This document shows, piece after piece, positions 46,576-47,889 of a stretch of 47,889 nucleotides of DNA (position 1 is the first letter of the stretch; the number at the start of each line of letters is the position of its first letter). The stretch covers positions 1 to 47,889 of the forward strand of contig JBILGT010000006.1 in the NCBI GenBank assembly GCA_044350895.1, read 5' to 3'. The notes under the pieces were generated by a model, which made no database searches, was not told the DNA's origin, and was given only the letters and a program-made list of their open reading frames with translations. Origin of the DNA: Limisphaerales bacterium (lineage in GTDB: Bacteria; Patescibacteriota; Microgenomatia; UBA1400; PJMF01). The position numbers and the translations under genes are program-made.

Positions 46576-47112
46576 ATGTCAAGAATTGGTAAAAAATCTA
46601 TAGCAATCCCTTCTGGAGTCACTGTCACAGTGAATCCAGATTCAGTGATTGTTAAGGGCCCAAAGGGCGAACTAAAAACTTTATTATTCCGCGGCATTTC
46701 AGTGGCTGTAGTTGATAATGAAGTTCAAGTAAAACGATCAAACGATCAAATCCAGCTTAAAGCATGGCATGGATTGGTAAGAAGTTTAATTGAAAACAAC
46801 ATTCAAGGTGTTAACGAAGGCTATAGTAAGACACTCAAAATGATTGGTACCGGATACCGCGCGCAAGCAAAAGGTAAAGGTTTGTCACTCGCTGTGGGAT
46901 ATTCTCACCCAGTTGATGTTGATGCTGTAGCAGGTATTACATTTACCTTAAAGGGAAATGACACCATCGTTGTTGAAGGTCCTGATAAACATTTAGTTGG
47001 CCAAGTTTCTGCAAATATTCGCAAAATTAGACCACCTGAACCATATCAAGGCAAAGGTATTCGCTATGTTGATGAGGTTGTGAGACGTAAACAAGGTAAA
47101 GCTGCCGCCTAA
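46576..47112 (+). CDS. rplF: 50S ribosomal protein L6
   Basis: MSRIGK and PEPYQGKGIRY. Confidence 0.97.
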   Translation: MSRIGKKSIAIPSGVTVTVNPDSVIVKGPKGELKTLLFRGISVAVVDNEVQVKRSNDQIQLKAWHGLVRSLIENNIQGVNEGYSKTLKMIGTGYRAQAKGKGLSLAVGYSHPVDVDAVAGITFTLKGNDTIVVEGPDKHLVGQVSANIRKIRPPEPYQGKGIRYVDEVVRRKQGKAAA

Positions 47113-47128
47113 AGGGTAGTATCTATTT

Positions 47129-47476
47129 ATGACAAATCAAAAAAAAGTACTAGCACTTCGAGTAGCACGAAAAACCAGAGTTCGCCAGCATATGGAAGGA
47201 ACTGCTCAAAAGCCACGCGTGAGTATTTATCGTTCAAATCGATATATTCTTATGCAAGCTATTGATGATGTAAATGGTGTCACTATCACTGGTTTACGAG
47301 ATTCAGCTAGCAAAGCTACAAAAACTGAGCGAGCTACAGCTACAGCAAAAGCATTTGCTGAAGTTTTGAAGAAAAATAAAATCATTGAAGTTATTTTTGA
47401 TCGAGGACCATATAAGTATCATGGTCGTATTAAAGCAATAGCAGAAGCACTGCGTGAAGCAGGCATCAAGGTATAA
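47129..47476 (+). CDS. rplR: 50S ribosomal protein L18
   Basis: FDRGPYKYHGRIKA. Confidence 0.95.
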   Translation: MTNQKKVLALRVARKTRVRQHMEGTAQKPRVSIYRSNRYILMQAIDDVNGVTITGLRDSASKATKTERATATAKAFAEVLKKNKIIEVIFDRGPYKYHGRIKAIAEALREAGIKV

Positions 47477-47485
47477 TAGGAAACT

Positions 47486-47889
47486 ATGAGAACTGAATCA
47501 CAAAAAAATCGAGAACCATCAGAATTTGAAGAGAAAGTCATTCAAGTTTCCCGTGTTTCTAAGAAAACAAAGGGTGGAAATAAGATGGGTTTTTCAGTGT
47601 TGATGGTTGTTGGTGATAAAAAAGGTCGTGTTGGTGTAGGTTTAGGCAAAGCTAAAGATGTTCAAGCAGCAGTTAAAAAGGGAATTAAGAAGGCTAAAAA
47701 ACGCTTAATCATGGTCCCAATGAATGGTACGACTATTCCATTCCGCATCCAAGTTAAAAATGGTGCTGGTGTCGTTATGTTGAAACCTGCTCCTAAGGGT
47801 TCTGGAGTTATCGCTGGTGGTCCAGTCCGTGCTGTTGTTGAAGCTGCTGGTATCCGAGATATCTCAAGTAAAATCTTGGGCAGTAGCAA
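47486..47889 (+). CDS. rpsE: 30S ribosomal protein S5 (partial, runs off the window)
   Basis: ATG 47486: MRTESQ...RVSKKTKGG...[12 protein letters not shown]...[14 protein letters not shown]; absent from the ORF track because no stop codon lies in the window. Confidence 0.96.
   Translation, partial: MRTESQKNREPSEFEEKVIQVSRVSKKTKGGNKMGFSVLMVVGDKKGRVGVGLGKAKDVQAAVKKGIKKAKKRLIMVPMNGTTIPFRIQVKNGAGVVMLKPAPKGSGVIAGGPVRAVVEAAGIRDISSKILGSS

Noticed and set aside
1-47889. Alternative genetic code (UGA=Gly), tRNA/rRNA genes, introns or inteins
   Set aside because: TGA terminates copA and copZ at their expected ends; conserved proteins are uninterrupted; no tRNA- or rRNA-like sequence was recognised.

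Overview
Bacterial chromosomal window read with genetic code 11 (TGA is used as a stop). Compact AlaS, a divergent RpoB/RpoC, a sortase, a baseplate-J-like membrane protein and extended ribosomal proteins suggest Patescibacteria (CPR), probably Microgenomates; this assignment is inference. From left to right: (1) the left end of an IS1595-family element interrupting a NUDIX gene; (2) a copper/zinc homeostasis cluster (Fur/Zur-like, CsoR with operator, DUF305, CopA, DsbD/TauE-cupredoxin, CopZ, then mscL, a cytochrome b5 lipoprotein and, further on, a COG0523 GTPase); (3) an accessory region holding a 1151-aa exported propeller/lipase protein with a Chloroflexota-like C-terminal YLPLVxR motif, flanked by G-U-rich hairpins; (4) a convergent AT-rich tandem array of small membrane proteins; (5) housekeeping genes (prmC, dsbA-like, yqeY, alaS, sortase, ruvX, mltG); (6) rpoB-rpoC and the str, S10 and spc ribosomal clusters through a partial rpsE. 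In the array, five members share two TM helices, a variable Cys-bounded loop and a Lys-rich tail, and each gene has its own apparently leaderless promoter. This array is the best candidate for an undescribed system. All assignments come from motif recognition by eye; no database searches were run.
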